The position numbers and the translations under genes are program-made. From an uncultured Desulfosarcina sp. (GTDB taxonomy: Bacteria; Desulfobacterota; Desulfobacteria; Desulfobacterales; Desulfosarcinaceae), in contig CAXXWQ010000003.1 in assembly GCA_963674945.2 (NCBI GenBank), forward strand, positions 2,368,001-2,432,000: DNA of 64,000 nt, written 5' to 3'. Below the pieces are notes generated by a model. It searched no databases. It worked only from the letters and a program-made list of their open reading frames with translations, and was not told where the DNA came from. The first letter of the stretch is position 1. Every line of letters starts with the position of its first letter. Below, one piece after another: positions 41,478 through 51,494 of this stretch.

Positions 41478-41756
41478 ATGGCATGGACAGTGAAGGGTAA
41501 GCGGTCATTAAACAAACGGATCGAAAAGCTACCGGCAAATGTTCATGCTCGTCTCATGGCGCTGATGCGGGACATGGAAGTGAACGGGCCTGTCCGTGGA
41601 AACTGGCCAAACTATGGGAAGCTATCAAACACCCGGCATCATTGCCACTTGAAAAAAGGACAGCCAACATACGTTGCAGTATGGGAAGTCGTCAACCAGG
41701 AAATAAGGCTTATCGAGGTGATATATGCAGGCACACACGAAAAAGCGCCGTACTGA
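41478..41756 (+). CDS. RelE/HigB-like toxin
   Basis: 92 aa, basic; GPVRGNWPNYGKL, HCHL, YAGTHEKAPY; precedes an HTH antitoxin. Confidence 0.75.
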   Translation: MAWTVKGKRSLNKRIEKLPANVHARLMALMRDMEVNGPVRGNWPNYGKLSNTRHHCHLKKGQPTYVAVWEVVNQEIRLIEVIYAGTHEKAPY

Positions 41757-42075
41757 AGCCATAGAACTTAAATTCATCGGCCCTGTATCTAATTTGAACC
41801 GAGCCCTTGAGGCAATGAAATCTTTAGGGTTTGTGGATGCGTCCGATTATGTGCCGTGGCGCGAGGCCTTCCCCAAGTTCGCCGGAAATGAGGTCGGATC
41901 GGTTTTGAGGGGCGCACGTCTCAAGGAGGAATTGACCCAAGTCCAACTTTCCGAGCGTGTTGGGATTCCACAGCGGCATATCTCCGAAATGGAAAACGGG
42001 AAGCGTCCGATCGGAAAGGAGATGGCAAAACGCCTCGGGGCTGCTTTAAATATCGGATACAAAGTCTTTCTTTGA
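41725..42075 (+). CDS. HigA-like Xre HTH antitoxin
   Basis: LRGARLKEELTQVQLSERVGIPQRHISEMENGKRPIG. Confidence 0.85.
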   Translation: MQAHTKKRRTEAIELKFIGPVSNLNRALEAMKSLGFVDASDYVPWREAFPKFAGNEVGSVLRGARLKEELTQVQLSERVGIPQRHISEMENGKRPIGKEMAKRLGAALNIGYKVFL

Positions 42076-42085
42076 AAGCCACCTT

Positions 42086-42316
42086 ATGGATCAAGTTGCT
42101 TTTGCCGCCGATGAGGTTTTTCCAGACAGTCACCCGGGGCAAATTTTGAGAGGTCTAAGGATACGCGAAGGGCTCACGCAAGTGCAGCTCTCTGAAAAAA
42201 CCGGTTTGGCCGCTCGCCATCTTTCTGAAATGAAAAATGGCGAGCGGCCGATTGGCAAGGCCATGGCCAAGTGTTTGGCAAAGGCCTTGAAAGCAGATTA
42301 CCGGATGCTTTTATAA
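42086..42316 (+). CDS. Second Xre HTH protein, paralog of the antitoxin C-terminal domain
   Basis: LRGLRIREGLTQVQLSEKTGLAARHLSEMKNGERPIG. Confidence 0.75.
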   Translation: MDQVAFAADEVFPDSHPGQILRGLRIREGLTQVQLSEKTGLAARHLSEMKNGERPIGKAMAKCLAKALKADYRMLL

Positions 42317-42390
42317 ACTGATTATCGGGGATGGGGACTGCAGTCTGAAGAGCAGGTGCCCTGGCCGGCCTGCCCCGATTTTATTACTAG

Positions 42391-43200
42391 GTGCTGTTAC
42401 GGGAGATGGTTGTGGATTTGGATACGTGGATATCTGGTGATGGATCGGTTGATTCTGAGTTGGTACAACATAAGGCAGTTTTGATTGCTCGTGCCGTTGC
42501 CGTTTGCGCTACTGCCGTTTTACAAACGACTTTTGCCAAGCAAGAAAAAAAACAGACCGGTTACAAAGAGTTGGCCGACGAGGTACTGTCTGGTCAAAAA
42601 GTCACACCTTCCTTATTAGATGAAATTCTGCCAAAAGAACATCATTTTACGTCTGACTCACCATCTATGGCTTATCTCCGGGAGATACTCTCATCAAGAG
42701 ACAATGATACTTATGCCCTATTTGCTTTGCAGGAAATGGCCGGATTAAATTTCGAATGTGTTTTTAATGATCCTACACCAGATGGCTATTGGCGGCATTT
42801 TGAGGTCGTGTTGTCATGCTTGAATGTTCTTCTACGACTTTTCTCAGAAATTATTCCCAAGAAAAATTATCAAGACGTTAACGTACAGAGACTGCAACTC
42901 CTCGACCTTTCTATGAACAAACTTTTTTTTGAGGCGGGACAGGTAGCTGCCGTTTCAGTTGATGAAACGATTCGTCATGATGGAATCCGTAACATGAAAA
43001 TGGGTGAAACCGCTATAGCATTGGAGCGCCGGAAACTTACTATAGGTTTTTATGAAGAGCTCGGGGATAGAGCCAAAAACATGAAAATCACACCAATTTC
43101 AAATCTTATTAGAAACAAATACATCAAGAAATTTGGTAAGAGAAAAGCTCGTTCGGCAAAACAGATCCGAGCGGATTTGAAAGCCGCTGGTATTTTCTAG
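42391..43200 (+). CDS. Hypothetical protein with basic C-terminus (possible DNA-binding regulator)
   Basis: 269-aa ORF followed by the palindrome TGGGAAAAAC-N5-GTTTTTCCCA (43257-43281). Confidence 0.65.
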   Translation: MLLREMVVDLDTWISGDGSVDSELVQHKAVLIARAVAVCATAVLQTTFAKQEKKQTGYKELADEVLSGQKVTPSLLDEILPKEHHFTSDSPSMAYLREILSSRDNDTYALFALQEMAGLNFECVFNDPTPDGYWRHFEVVLSCLNVLLRLFSEIIPKKNYQDVNVQRLQLLDLSMNKLFFEAGQVAAVSVDETIRHDGIRNMKMGETAIALERRKLTIGFYEELGDRAKNMKITPISNLIRNKYIKKFGKRKARSAKQIRADLKAAGIF

Positions 43201-43385
43201 AGACGGACTTAAAGCCCCGCCTCCACCCTACCCACCAAAATCTCACTCACTGATTTTGGGAAAAACGGCCTGTTTTTCCCAGTTTTTTCCTGTCAATACA
43301 GTTGCTTGTAGACGACTCAAACAGTGGGTCATATTGTGCCCCCATCGATTTATTTAAACACAATTAAATCCAATGGGAGGCCGTA

Positions 43386-43571
43386 ATGTCTATCACATCT
43401 ACCGATCAGCCGGTCAATTACCTCAGCACCGAGGAACTCGCCCAAAAATACTTAGTCAAGGCTGCCTCAGTCCGCAGCGCTTACTGCCGTCAAGGTCATT
43501 ACTGTGGCCACATCCCAGAAAAGCTTGCAAATGGTCGGCTCAGGTGGCCTGACCACCCCACCCAAAACTAA
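43386..43571 (+). CDS. AlpA/excisionase-like DNA-binding protein
   Basis: GGAGG RBS; LSTEELA...SVRSAYCRQGHY.G..P.KLANGRLRWP. Confidence 0.72.
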   Translation: MSITSTDQPVNYLSTEELAQKYLVKAASVRSAYCRQGHYCGHIPEKLANGRLRWPDHPTQN

Positions 43572-43592
43572 GGGATAGGCGGCGGAGAAGTC

Positions 43593-44546
43593 ATGATGAA
43601 AATGGGACAAGTCCAATTATCAAAGAATTCAGGAAAAATTTTCCATTGTTTCAAGGGCCGTAGTCGTCAATTGGTGGCGGACATCATCACCATTATCGAT
43701 GAGATGGAAAAATATCATCCGTTGACGGTCCGTCAGATCTATTACCAATTGGTAGCAAGGGAAATCATTGCGAACAACCGAAAAGAGTATCAGAACATCA
43801 GCCGACTTCTTACCCGGATGCGTGAGGAACACCTTGTACCGTGGAGTGCAATTGTCGATCGTTCCCGGCGTATGGTTGAGAAGCGCGGAACATCCTCCAT
43901 CGAAGACCACATCCGAGAGAATGCGGCCTATCTTTTCGATGGATACAATCGGTGCCTCGTTCAGAACCAGGAAAATTACGTCGAGGTATGGACTGAGAAG
44001 GATGCACTATCATCCATCTTCGAAGATGCCGTATGGAAATACTGTTGCCGGATCGTCGTCTGCAGGGGGCAGATTTCAGCGACCTTCCTAAATGAATACG
44101 CGGAACGAGCGGAAGCAGCAATTAAGCGAGGCCAGGAGCCGGTTATTCTATATTACGGTGACCTTGACCCCACAGGGATGCGGATACCTGAGATAATCGG
44201 GAACAAGCTAATCGACCGGTACGGTTTAGTTGTCAATATCGATAGGATTGCATTATGGCCGGAAGACGTTGACCGGCACAACCTTCCCTTCAATCCAGAC
44301 GCCACTAAAAAAGCAGACCCGAATCATGCTTGGTATTGCTCACGTGGATACGGTGATTATTCGGTCGAACTTGATGCACTGCACCCTGAAACACTCATAA
44401 ATATAATCGACGATGCCTTGCGTGACCACCTCGATATTGATGACATGATTTGTCAGCAGGACATTCAGGAAGACGAACGGCTCCTTCTCAAGCGACTAAA
44501 GTTGAAATTTTTCGACATATGTCGGGACGAAAATTTACACGTATAG
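43593..44546 (+). CDS. Top6A/Spo11/JetD-like wHTH + TOPRIM protein
   Basis: TVRQIYYQL, VWTEKDAL, RG, YYGDLDPTG, ELDAL. Confidence 0.8.
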   Translation: MMKMGQVQLSKNSGKIFHCFKGRSRQLVADIITIIDEMEKYHPLTVRQIYYQLVAREIIANNRKEYQNISRLLTRMREEHLVPWSAIVDRSRRMVEKRGTSSIEDHIRENAAYLFDGYNRCLVQNQENYVEVWTEKDALSSIFEDAVWKYCCRIVVCRGQISATFLNEYAERAEAAIKRGQEPVILYYGDLDPTGMRIPEIIGNKLIDRYGLVVNIDRIALWPEDVDRHNLPFNPDATKKADPNHAWYCSRGYGDYSVELDALHPETLINIIDDALRDHLDIDDMICQQDIQEDERLLLKRLKLKFFDICRDENLHV

Positions 44547-44589
44547 GGGCGATAGCACCATTATTTTCCAAAAGCCAGGCGGGGGCCAT

Positions 44590-46467
44590 GTGAAGGACAC
44601 AATATTATCCCATTTTGCAAATAATTTTGAGCAATTTTTCCGAAAATATCTTCCAGAGATTGAAAAAATTGGTGGTGACGAGTGGAAAGCAATTTGTCCG
44701 TTCCATGAGGATATGGATCCAAGCCTCAACTTTGACGCTACTACCGGCCAATGGTTTTGCCATGGCTGTGGGGCCAAAGGAGACATTTTCCATTTTTTTG
44801 GGAATCTTAAAGGACTGCAAAGCGGTCAAGATTTTGGAAAAATACTCAATGGTATTGGAGATGATTTTGGAATTTCCCGGCCTTCGAAAGATAAGGGCAG
44901 GATAACAGCCACCTACGACTATCTTGATGCCTATGGCAATTTCGTTTTTCAGGTGGTTCGTTTCGAGCCTGGAAAGAACGGGAAAAAAAAAGATTTCAGG
45001 CAGCGGCGCCGTGGAAAGGACGGGAAGTGGGTCTGGAACCTGAAGGGGATTGACTTGGTGCTTTATGGATTACCAGAGGTCATCAAGTCGACTTCAATCA
45101 TATATGTGGAGGGAGAAAAAGACGTAAATAAAGTTCGGGAGGTGGGGTTTACTGCTACAACAAACCCAATGGGCGCAGGTAAATGGCGTGATCATTATGC
45201 TCAGTTCCTCAAAGGCAAACAGGTTATCTTGATCCCAGATAATGATGAGCCTGGAAAAAAACACATGGCTAAAATTGCGACGTCACTATTGGGGATTGCT
45301 GCCGATATAAAATTGCTTTGCCTACCCGGCCTGAATGAAAAAGGTGATGTTACAGATTTTATTGAATCATTTGACGATCAAACCGAAGCCGCCGAACGGC
45401 TATCGATTATGATCGATAACTGCCCTCCATATATCCAACAGACGAAGACCGCCATATCCAATGATTCGATCAACATCCTTGATGACTTAGCCAGTCTCCA
45501 GGTGGAAAAGGATTACACGGAAATGCTTGGAAACGAGGAATGGTTTTTCCCAAACTTGGTCATTAAAAATCAAATCTTAATCATTATTGCCAAAGCAGGC
45601 GGTGGAAAAACAACGATAATTTTTGAGTTTGTGGCACCATGGATGATCGGCCATCACGGCGTCGAGGTGTATTATTTTGACTGCGACAGTCCCGCATCGG
45701 ACCACAAGCGCATGTTTGATCGAGCAATAGATATCGGTCCTAATTTCAGATGGATTAACCCGTTGACCCATGGAAGAGGCCCGGATGACATCATTAAGAT
45801 GCTCGAAAAAGGAGTTGTTGGCAAACAGCGGTTCGATAATGCAGTCCTCATCTTCGATACTGCGAAAAAGTTTTTCAATGTGATGGACAAGCGCTCCGTG
45901 AAGCCGTTTTTTAGTTTGCTGCGACAGCTCGTATCTCTTGGCGCCACCATTATCATTTTGGGTCATGCAAATAAATACCGCTCAGTGGACGGCAATCTTG
46001 TCTTCGAAGGAGTCGGTGACATCCAAAGTGACGCCGATGCACTGATATTTTTTGAGGCGATACATACGCCAGACGGAACTGACGTCACCACCATTGTCGA
46101 CCCAGACAGGGGGGCCAAAGTCCGAGGCCTTTACGAGCAGATATCGTTCCGTATCGAGCGAGGTACTCGAGTTGTTACTCAGCACAAGGAGGTTGTCGAC
46201 GTTCCGGATTGGACTCCGGGTGGCAATGGCAAGCTTACCGATGAAGAAATAGAGGAGATGGTTCGGGATTTTTTGCTGGAACAAACGGGCCACACCAAAC
46301 AAGCCGATATAATCGAGGCATTAAAGGTACAACCTGGAGTCTCTTACCATGGGATCCGGAGGGTACTCACCGCCTGTGCAGTACACAAGAAAGAGGCTGT
46401 GCAGTCAGGACAAATCTTCTATTCGGTGGGTTTTCACAATACTAAATCATACAGCGTGGTAGATTAA
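44590..46467 (+). CDS. Primase-helicase (CHC2 zinc finger + TOPRIM + RecA-like ATPase)
   Basis: CPFHED..CHGC, VEGEKD, PDNDEPG, KGDVTDF, AKAGGGKT, ILGHANK. Confidence 0.9.
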   Translation: MKDTILSHFANNFEQFFRKYLPEIEKIGGDEWKAICPFHEDMDPSLNFDATTGQWFCHGCGAKGDIFHFFGNLKGLQSGQDFGKILNGIGDDFGISRPSKDKGRITATYDYLDAYGNFVFQVVRFEPGKNGKKKDFRQRRRGKDGKWVWNLKGIDLVLYGLPEVIKSTSIIYVEGEKDVNKVREVGFTATTNPMGAGKWRDHYAQFLKGKQVILIPDNDEPGKKHMAKIATSLLGIAADIKLLCLPGLNEKGDVTDFIESFDDQTEAAERLSIMIDNCPPYIQQTKTAISNDSINILDDLASLQVEKDYTEMLGNEEWFFPNLVIKNQILIIIAKAGGGKTTIIFEFVAPWMIGHHGVEVYYFDCDSPASDHKRMFDRAIDIGPNFRWINPLTHGRGPDDIIKMLEKGVVGKQRFDNAVLIFDTAKKFFNVMDKRSVKPFFSLLRQLVSLGATIIILGHANKYRSVDGNLVFEGVGDIQSDADALIFFEAIHTPDGTDVTTIVDPDRGAKVRGLYEQISFRIERGTRVVTQHKEVVDVPDWTPGGNGKLTDEEIEEMVRDFLLEQTGHTKQADIIEALKVQPGVSYHGIRRVLTACAVHKKEAVQSGQIFYSVGFHNTKSYSVVD

Positions 46468-46468
46468 A

Positions 46469-46665
46469 ACATGAGACACATGAGACGTTATTCAGTTATT
46501 CAGATGAAAAACCAGTACCGAAAAACAGTTATTCACAGTTTTCCAATACGGTCTTGCAGTGAAACTGAGTAACTGAATAACTGAAAAACTGAATAACAGT
46601 TATATTACAGTCGGTTATTGTTTGAGAGACATGCGAGACGTTTTTCAGTTATTCAGTTATTCAGG
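46469..46665. repeat. Iteron cluster, probable replication origin
   Basis: Multiple TTATTCAG/CTGAATAA-like octamers in both orientations plus GAGAC repeats, directly after the primase-helicase. Confidence 0.8.
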
Positions 46666-46776
46666 ATACCCCACAACCAAAAATGAAAAACTAAAATTTT
46701 CCCACCACCCCCGCCGGTGGGAAAACGGTCACCCCTCGGAACGCCCAACCGGGGGGTGACCAACCAAAAAAGAATT

Positions 46777-48137
46777 ATGAAAATACTCATCAAAAACAAA
46801 ACACACATCACCAATGCCCTGGCCTCAATCGACCGCCAGATCCGGAGCCGGCTGACCCTTTTCAACCCCAAGTGGATCGAAAATGAACGCCTGGGACGTT
46901 GGAACGGCGACACACCCCAGAAGTTACGGTTCTATGAAACCGATGGCGCTGGCGGTCTGATCGTCCCAGGGGCCTTACCGGTCAGTTGGTGGCCATGGCC
47001 CAAAAGGACGGCATCAATTTTCATCTTGTCGACGAGACCCAGGCACTACCAACCGTTGAGATCGATTTTCAAGGCGAACTGAGGCCGTTTCAGGCCAGCG
47101 CAGTGAATGAAATGCTCATCAAGCGTTTTGGTTCACTGTCGGCCCCCACGGGCAGTGGCAAGACGGTCATGGGGCTTTACCTCATTGCCAAAAGAAAGCA
47201 ACCGGCATTGGTAGTTGTCCACACCAAAGAATTGCTCAACCAATGGATCGCCCGGGCCGAAACCTTCCTTGGGATCCCCATCGATGAGATTGGCGTTATT
47301 GGATCCGGCAAGAAACGAATCGGTGAACGCCTCACCGTTGCCACGGTCCAATCTCTCGTGAAACGCGCAGATGAGGTCGCGCCCTATATCGGTCACCTCA
47401 TCGTGGATGAATGCCATCGGACTCCCAGCAAGACTTTCACCGAGGTGGTCACCGCCTTTGATTGCAGGTACATGACCGGGCTCTCTGCCACCCCCTGGCG
47501 CCGGGACAAACTTTCCAAGCTGATCTTTTGGCATTTGGGAGACCTTCAGCACCAAGTCGACAAAGTCGCCTTGGAAAATGCCGGGCATATCCTCAAAGCC
47601 CAGGTCATCACCCGGAAAACGTCATTCAGGTCAAGCGTCGATCCGTCAACTGAATATTCTCAGATGCTCAAGGAACTGACCGAGGATCCCGATCGGAACC
47701 GGCTGATTGCCTCCGACGTCGCCGGTCAGATTGGCCATGGTGGTGTTGCCTTGGTATTGAGTGATCGCAAGAGCCATTGTCTCGACCTGCAGGAAATGCT
47801 CAAGAATCAATTTGGCATCAATGCCGAAGTTCTGACCGGGGACGTGCCCACACACCAACGCGAAGAGATCGTATCCAGGATCAATGCCGGCAAGGTCCCT
47901 GTGCTGGTGGCCACCGGCCAGCTGATTGGCGAGGGGTTCGACTGCAAGCATTTATCCACATTGTTTTTGGCTACCCCGATCCGGTTCAGTGGGCGCCTGC
48001 TTCAGTATGTTGGACGTATCCTCCGGCCCGGGCCAGGTAAAGAAATCCCCAAGGTTTTTGATTACGTTGACGGGCACGTCGGCCCCTTGGCTGCTGCGGC
48101 AAAAGCCCGGCAACGTGTTTACAGCAACGCAGCATGA
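46777..48137 (+). pseudogene. SF2 DEAD/DEAH (ResIII/XPB-like) helicase with a frameshift near 46965
   Basis: APTGSGKT, DECH, SAT, GEGFD, QYVGRILR; the N-terminal frame LIVP continues as RGLTGQLVAMA if one C is added. Confidence 0.78.
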
Positions 48138-48152
48138 TAAGGAGAGTTTCAA

Positions 48153-48467
48153 ATGGAAAATCCCAAAATAGAAGATTTCACCGAAGAACAAATCCTTCAG
48201 GCTTCAGTATCCCTCTTCCTCGAGGCCCTGGATGCCGCCGAAAATTTCATGGTCGATCCGACCGGCATGGCAGAGGGGACCGGCCACAGCGAAATTTCCC
48301 ACCGGATTGCGCACGTGGTGGAGCTGTCCTTACCGGCAGTCTCTGCCGTGAGTTTCCTGCCATCAAAATTGTTACGGAAGTATCAATATTTCTTGGAGTT
48401 AACAGCCATCAAACTATCTGAAGAAATTGCCAAGGTTGAAACCACCGAAAAGATGATGGCGAATTAA
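48153..48467 (+). CDS. Hypothetical protein
   Basis: AAGGAG RBS; operonic. Confidence 0.65.
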   Translation: MENPKIEDFTEEQILQASVSLFLEALDAAENFMVDPTGMAEGTGHSEISHRIAHVVELSLPAVSAVSFLPSKLLRKYQYFLELTAIKLSEEIAKVETTEKMMAN

Positions 48468-48480
48468 AAGGAGAGATTCA

Positions 48481-48762
48481 ATGGAAATTCGAGTTTTAAA
48501 CTACCGCCCCACCGACCGGCCAAACGTCGTTGGATATTTCGCCCTTGCCTATGGCGGCCTTGCGATCGACGGATGCAAGTTAATGGTTGGACGTGGCCAG
48601 GATGGAGCATGGGTCGCCTTGCCAAGTCGAAGGATCCAACGGGATGGCAAAACCGAATTCCGTCCATTTTTATTTTTTTCAAGAATCGAAATGTCTCACA
48701 TACGCCGCACTGTAGTAGCGGAAGCGAAAAGACAAGGCTATCTGGCTGAAAACATGAAATAA
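48481..48762 (+). CDS. SpoVG-like nucleic-acid-binding protein
   Basis: LAIDGCKLMVG..GAWVALPSRR. Confidence 0.7.
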   Translation: MEIRVLNYRPTDRPNVVGYFALAYGGLAIDGCKLMVGRGQDGAWVALPSRRIQRDGKTEFRPFLFFSRIEMSHIRRTVVAEAKRQGYLAENMK

Positions 48763-48777
48763 CAGGGAGATAGAGAG

Positions 48778-49194
48778 ATGACGAGCGAACTTAATAAAAG
48801 AACAAACGAACTACTGGAAGAAATTAAGCTCCGCAAGGAACGCCAGCAAAAAATCGAAATGATACTGGAAAAAGCCGAACCGCTCGTACGGAGGAACGAA
48901 CGTCGCGTTTACTGGCGAGACCTATATGGCAATGATGAAAAAGTTCTCAAGGAATACCGAAGCGATCTAGACAAATTTTTGTACGAACAAATTTTTTTGA
49001 CGGACGAATTAGATAAAAAGATCGATAAGTTGTACGAATTTTTCGGGCGGCTGGATGCCGAGGAACCAGAGCAGGTAGAGGAAAAGAATCGGATTCCAGT
49101 ACTCGATGGACCTATATACAATTTTTCAACTCCGGAAGCCCCAAAGGGACCAGTGATCCTCGAACCAAACATTTTTGACATAGGGAGAGACTAA
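48778..49194 (+). CDS. Hypothetical coiled-coil protein
   Basis: GGGAG RBS; operonic. Confidence 0.65.
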   Translation: MTSELNKRTNELLEEIKLRKERQQKIEMILEKAEPLVRRNERRVYWRDLYGNDEKVLKEYRSDLDKFLYEQIFLTDELDKKIDKLYEFFGRLDAEEPEQVEEKNRIPVLDGPIYNFSTPEAPKGPVILEPNIFDIGRD

Positions 49195-49195
49195 A

Positions 49196-50014
49196 ATGAG
49201 CGAGCAAGTACAAGTTATGGAAATGTTAGAGGCGATTAACAATCGGCTAACAATAGTCGAACGGGACTGCAATGCAATCGCCCGTCGTGTCGGGTATAGC
49301 CGGCCAGCCCCCGGACCAGAGCCGGTAAAGATCGATACATCGGACTCCCTGAAAAGGCTCGCAAAACAAAATGCCGAAGAGGCGGAACGTGAGCGGTTGA
49401 GAAACCTTCCTCCCATGCCTTCAATCGACACCGATATCGAGCCGGAAAAGTCGCCGGGCCAACGCCTCATGGAAGAACGGAAAGAGCGACATAGACAAAA
49501 GTTATCTGCCCTTGCCGGCAACAATCCCCGCAACAGGCGGATTGCTGAAGAGATTGCTGGCCGTGTTGGCGATGGGTTGGTACTGGTGTTAACCGAGTTG
49601 GGCAGCCATTGCCACGAATTACATACAGTACTGAAACGGCATCAACGGATCAAGGCCGCAGTTGTGACACACGATGATAACTCACGCAAACGAGAGGGCG
49701 TCCTACGGCAAGTCGGCGCCGGTGAAATCGGTGTGCTTGTGATTACCAGCAGATCCCTCTCCCAAAAGCCCTTGGGATTAAAACCGGCGGCAATCATCCT
49801 TGCGTCTCCGGTAAAATCCACACCTGCTTTGGTCGATGAACTATGCAGGTTGCTCTTGCCCAGCGACCAAGCCGAGCGTCAATGGCTGATCGGTGATACG
49901 TTGTCGGGGTTAAAAGGTCTGGACGGATCAATACGGACCCGGTTGAGAGATTTGTTTAAGGTCAGTGCCGTTGGCAACGAGAATTTCGGATCGGGGTTAC
50001 GCAACTGGGAATAA
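49196..50014 (+). CDS. Protein carrying a degenerate copy of the SF2 helicase C-terminal domain
   Basis: NNPRNRRIAEEI..LVLTELGSHC aligns with DPDRNRLIASDV..LVLSDRKSHC of the upstream helicase. Confidence 0.7.
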   Translation: MSEQVQVMEMLEAINNRLTIVERDCNAIARRVGYSRPAPGPEPVKIDTSDSLKRLAKQNAEEAERERLRNLPPMPSIDTDIEPEKSPGQRLMEERKERHRQKLSALAGNNPRNRRIAEEIAGRVGDGLVLVLTELGSHCHELHTVLKRHQRIKAAVVTHDDNSRKREGVLRQVGAGEIGVLVITSRSLSQKPLGLKPAAIILASPVKSTPALVDELCRLLLPSDQAERQWLIGDTLSGLKGLDGSIRTRLRDLFKVSAVGNENFGSGLRNWE

Positions 50015-50070
50015 CACTATCCGGCATGCTGCCCCCATGGCGGCGGCGTGCCGGTAAATAATAAGGAGGC

Positions 50071-51021
50071 ATGATGCCAAGGACAAAGATCGACTATCAA
50101 CAAGAGGTCCAAGTTTATTCAAAGCTGAGGACCAAAGGCGAGAAAATTAGCCAAGTGAAATACTGTGAAGCGAGGTCCAAAGAACTTGGATCCGAAATAT
50201 CAGTACCATACTTTCGAAAGGTACTGGCAAAACTCAAAAAGAAACCGCCAAAAAAAACAGCAAGCAAACCTCAAACAACACTCAAGGATATGCAATACGA
50301 TTTCGATGTCCTCAAGGCTGAGTTTGTGGCTGGGCCGTATAAGTCGGTCTCGGATTTTTGCCGTCAACGCAAGATAAAACCAAGCGGGTATTTCCGAACA
50401 AAGACCAAGGGATGGACAGCGGAAAAGAAGAAAATTCAATCACATACAGAGTTAAAAACTGTAGAAAATATGATCGCCGATAATGCGGCGGAAGCTACAC
50501 GCGATTTGTACTCAACGGTATTATCCATACAATTCCAGTTGTTCGAATTACTCAAGATGGTTGCACAATCGCACACCCGATGGAAAGAGGTAAAATCCCC
50601 CTACACGGCTCGGGAAGCAGCCAACTTCGTGATTGATATGGAACGGGCGATTGAAAGGATCGTGCCGGCCATCCGCGGCCTGGAAAAAATGAGCGAGGTG
50701 AATAAGATTTTTGACCGGCTGGCAGATGGGACGATGGACGTCACCAAGGCTTCTTTCAAACTGCTCATGTTGGGTGTCAAAGTGCCAAAGGCCTTGGAGC
50801 TCATGCTGGCCAAACACCAGATCGAGGAGCCCGAGCTCGATGATAACGATGTGATTTCCGATGAGGCTATCCTTGCCAAGCGTGAGCAACTCTTGAAGGC
50901 GGTGGAAAAAGAACGGATCGAGCTTGTCGCCGAGCGGACCAAGTACGTTTCTGACCTCAAAAAAAAGATGAAGGGTAAGGATTCGTTTGTGGCCCAGGCA
51001 AAGGTTGAAGGCGGTGAATAA
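50071..51021 (+). CDS. Possible terminase small subunit-like protein
   Basis: DFDVLKAEFVAG..SVSDFCRQRKI..GW HTH followed by long helices. Confidence 0.5.
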   Translation: MMPRTKIDYQQEVQVYSKLRTKGEKISQVKYCEARSKELGSEISVPYFRKVLAKLKKKPPKKTASKPQTTLKDMQYDFDVLKAEFVAGPYKSVSDFCRQRKIKPSGYFRTKTKGWTAEKKKIQSHTELKTVENMIADNAAEATRDLYSTVLSIQFQLFELLKMVAQSHTRWKEVKSPYTAREAANFVIDMERAIERIVPAIRGLEKMSEVNKIFDRLADGTMDVTKASFKLLMLGVKVPKALELMLAKHQIEEPELDDNDVISDEAILAKREQLLKAVEKERIELVAERTKYVSDLKKKMKGKDSFVAQAKVEGGE

Positions 51022-51101
51022 AACCGGATGATACGGGTGCAAGCCTTCGTGAGATTGACCGCCAGGTCGCTGCCGAGGTCGAAAAGTATTTTGAGACTAA
51101 G

Positions 51102-51326
51102 ATGAATCCGACCACGATCTTTACAAAAGCGTGGCGAATGCAAGCCGGGTCAGATGACCCACAAGAAGAAACCTCAACGAAATCAGGTTATAATGCAGAA
51201 ATCAAAGAAATCAAACGTGCAAAAGACGGAACACTTCACGGCGGTGCTCGCCCAGGCGCCGGCCATAGACCCAAACCGAATCCCCGGAGAGAAACCATCC
51301 AGCAAAATACTACACCATCGCCATAA
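51102..51326 (+). CDS. Small protein with HGGARPGAG motif
   Basis: Motif typical of TerS N-termini and small phage DNA-binding proteins. Confidence 0.4.
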   Translation: MNPTTIFTKAWRMQAGSDDPQEETSTKSGYNAEIKEIKRAKDGTLHGGARPGAGHRPKPNPRRETIQQNTTPSP

Positions 51327-51494
51327 TTAATGGTATCGCTAAATATGACGGTGGTAGTACTCTCCATAACCCGCTCAATGGCTTGGTAATTATGACAAGA
51401 GATCTGTTCTTTGTGGGGATATGGATAAGCAGTCCGGATCCTTTGGTGTGGAAGGGGTAGCCACGTGGCTACTCCCCATCCCGATTGAGCTTTT

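Noticed and set aside
43593..44546. Wadjet system
   Set aside because: No SMC, kleisin or KITE genes nearby.
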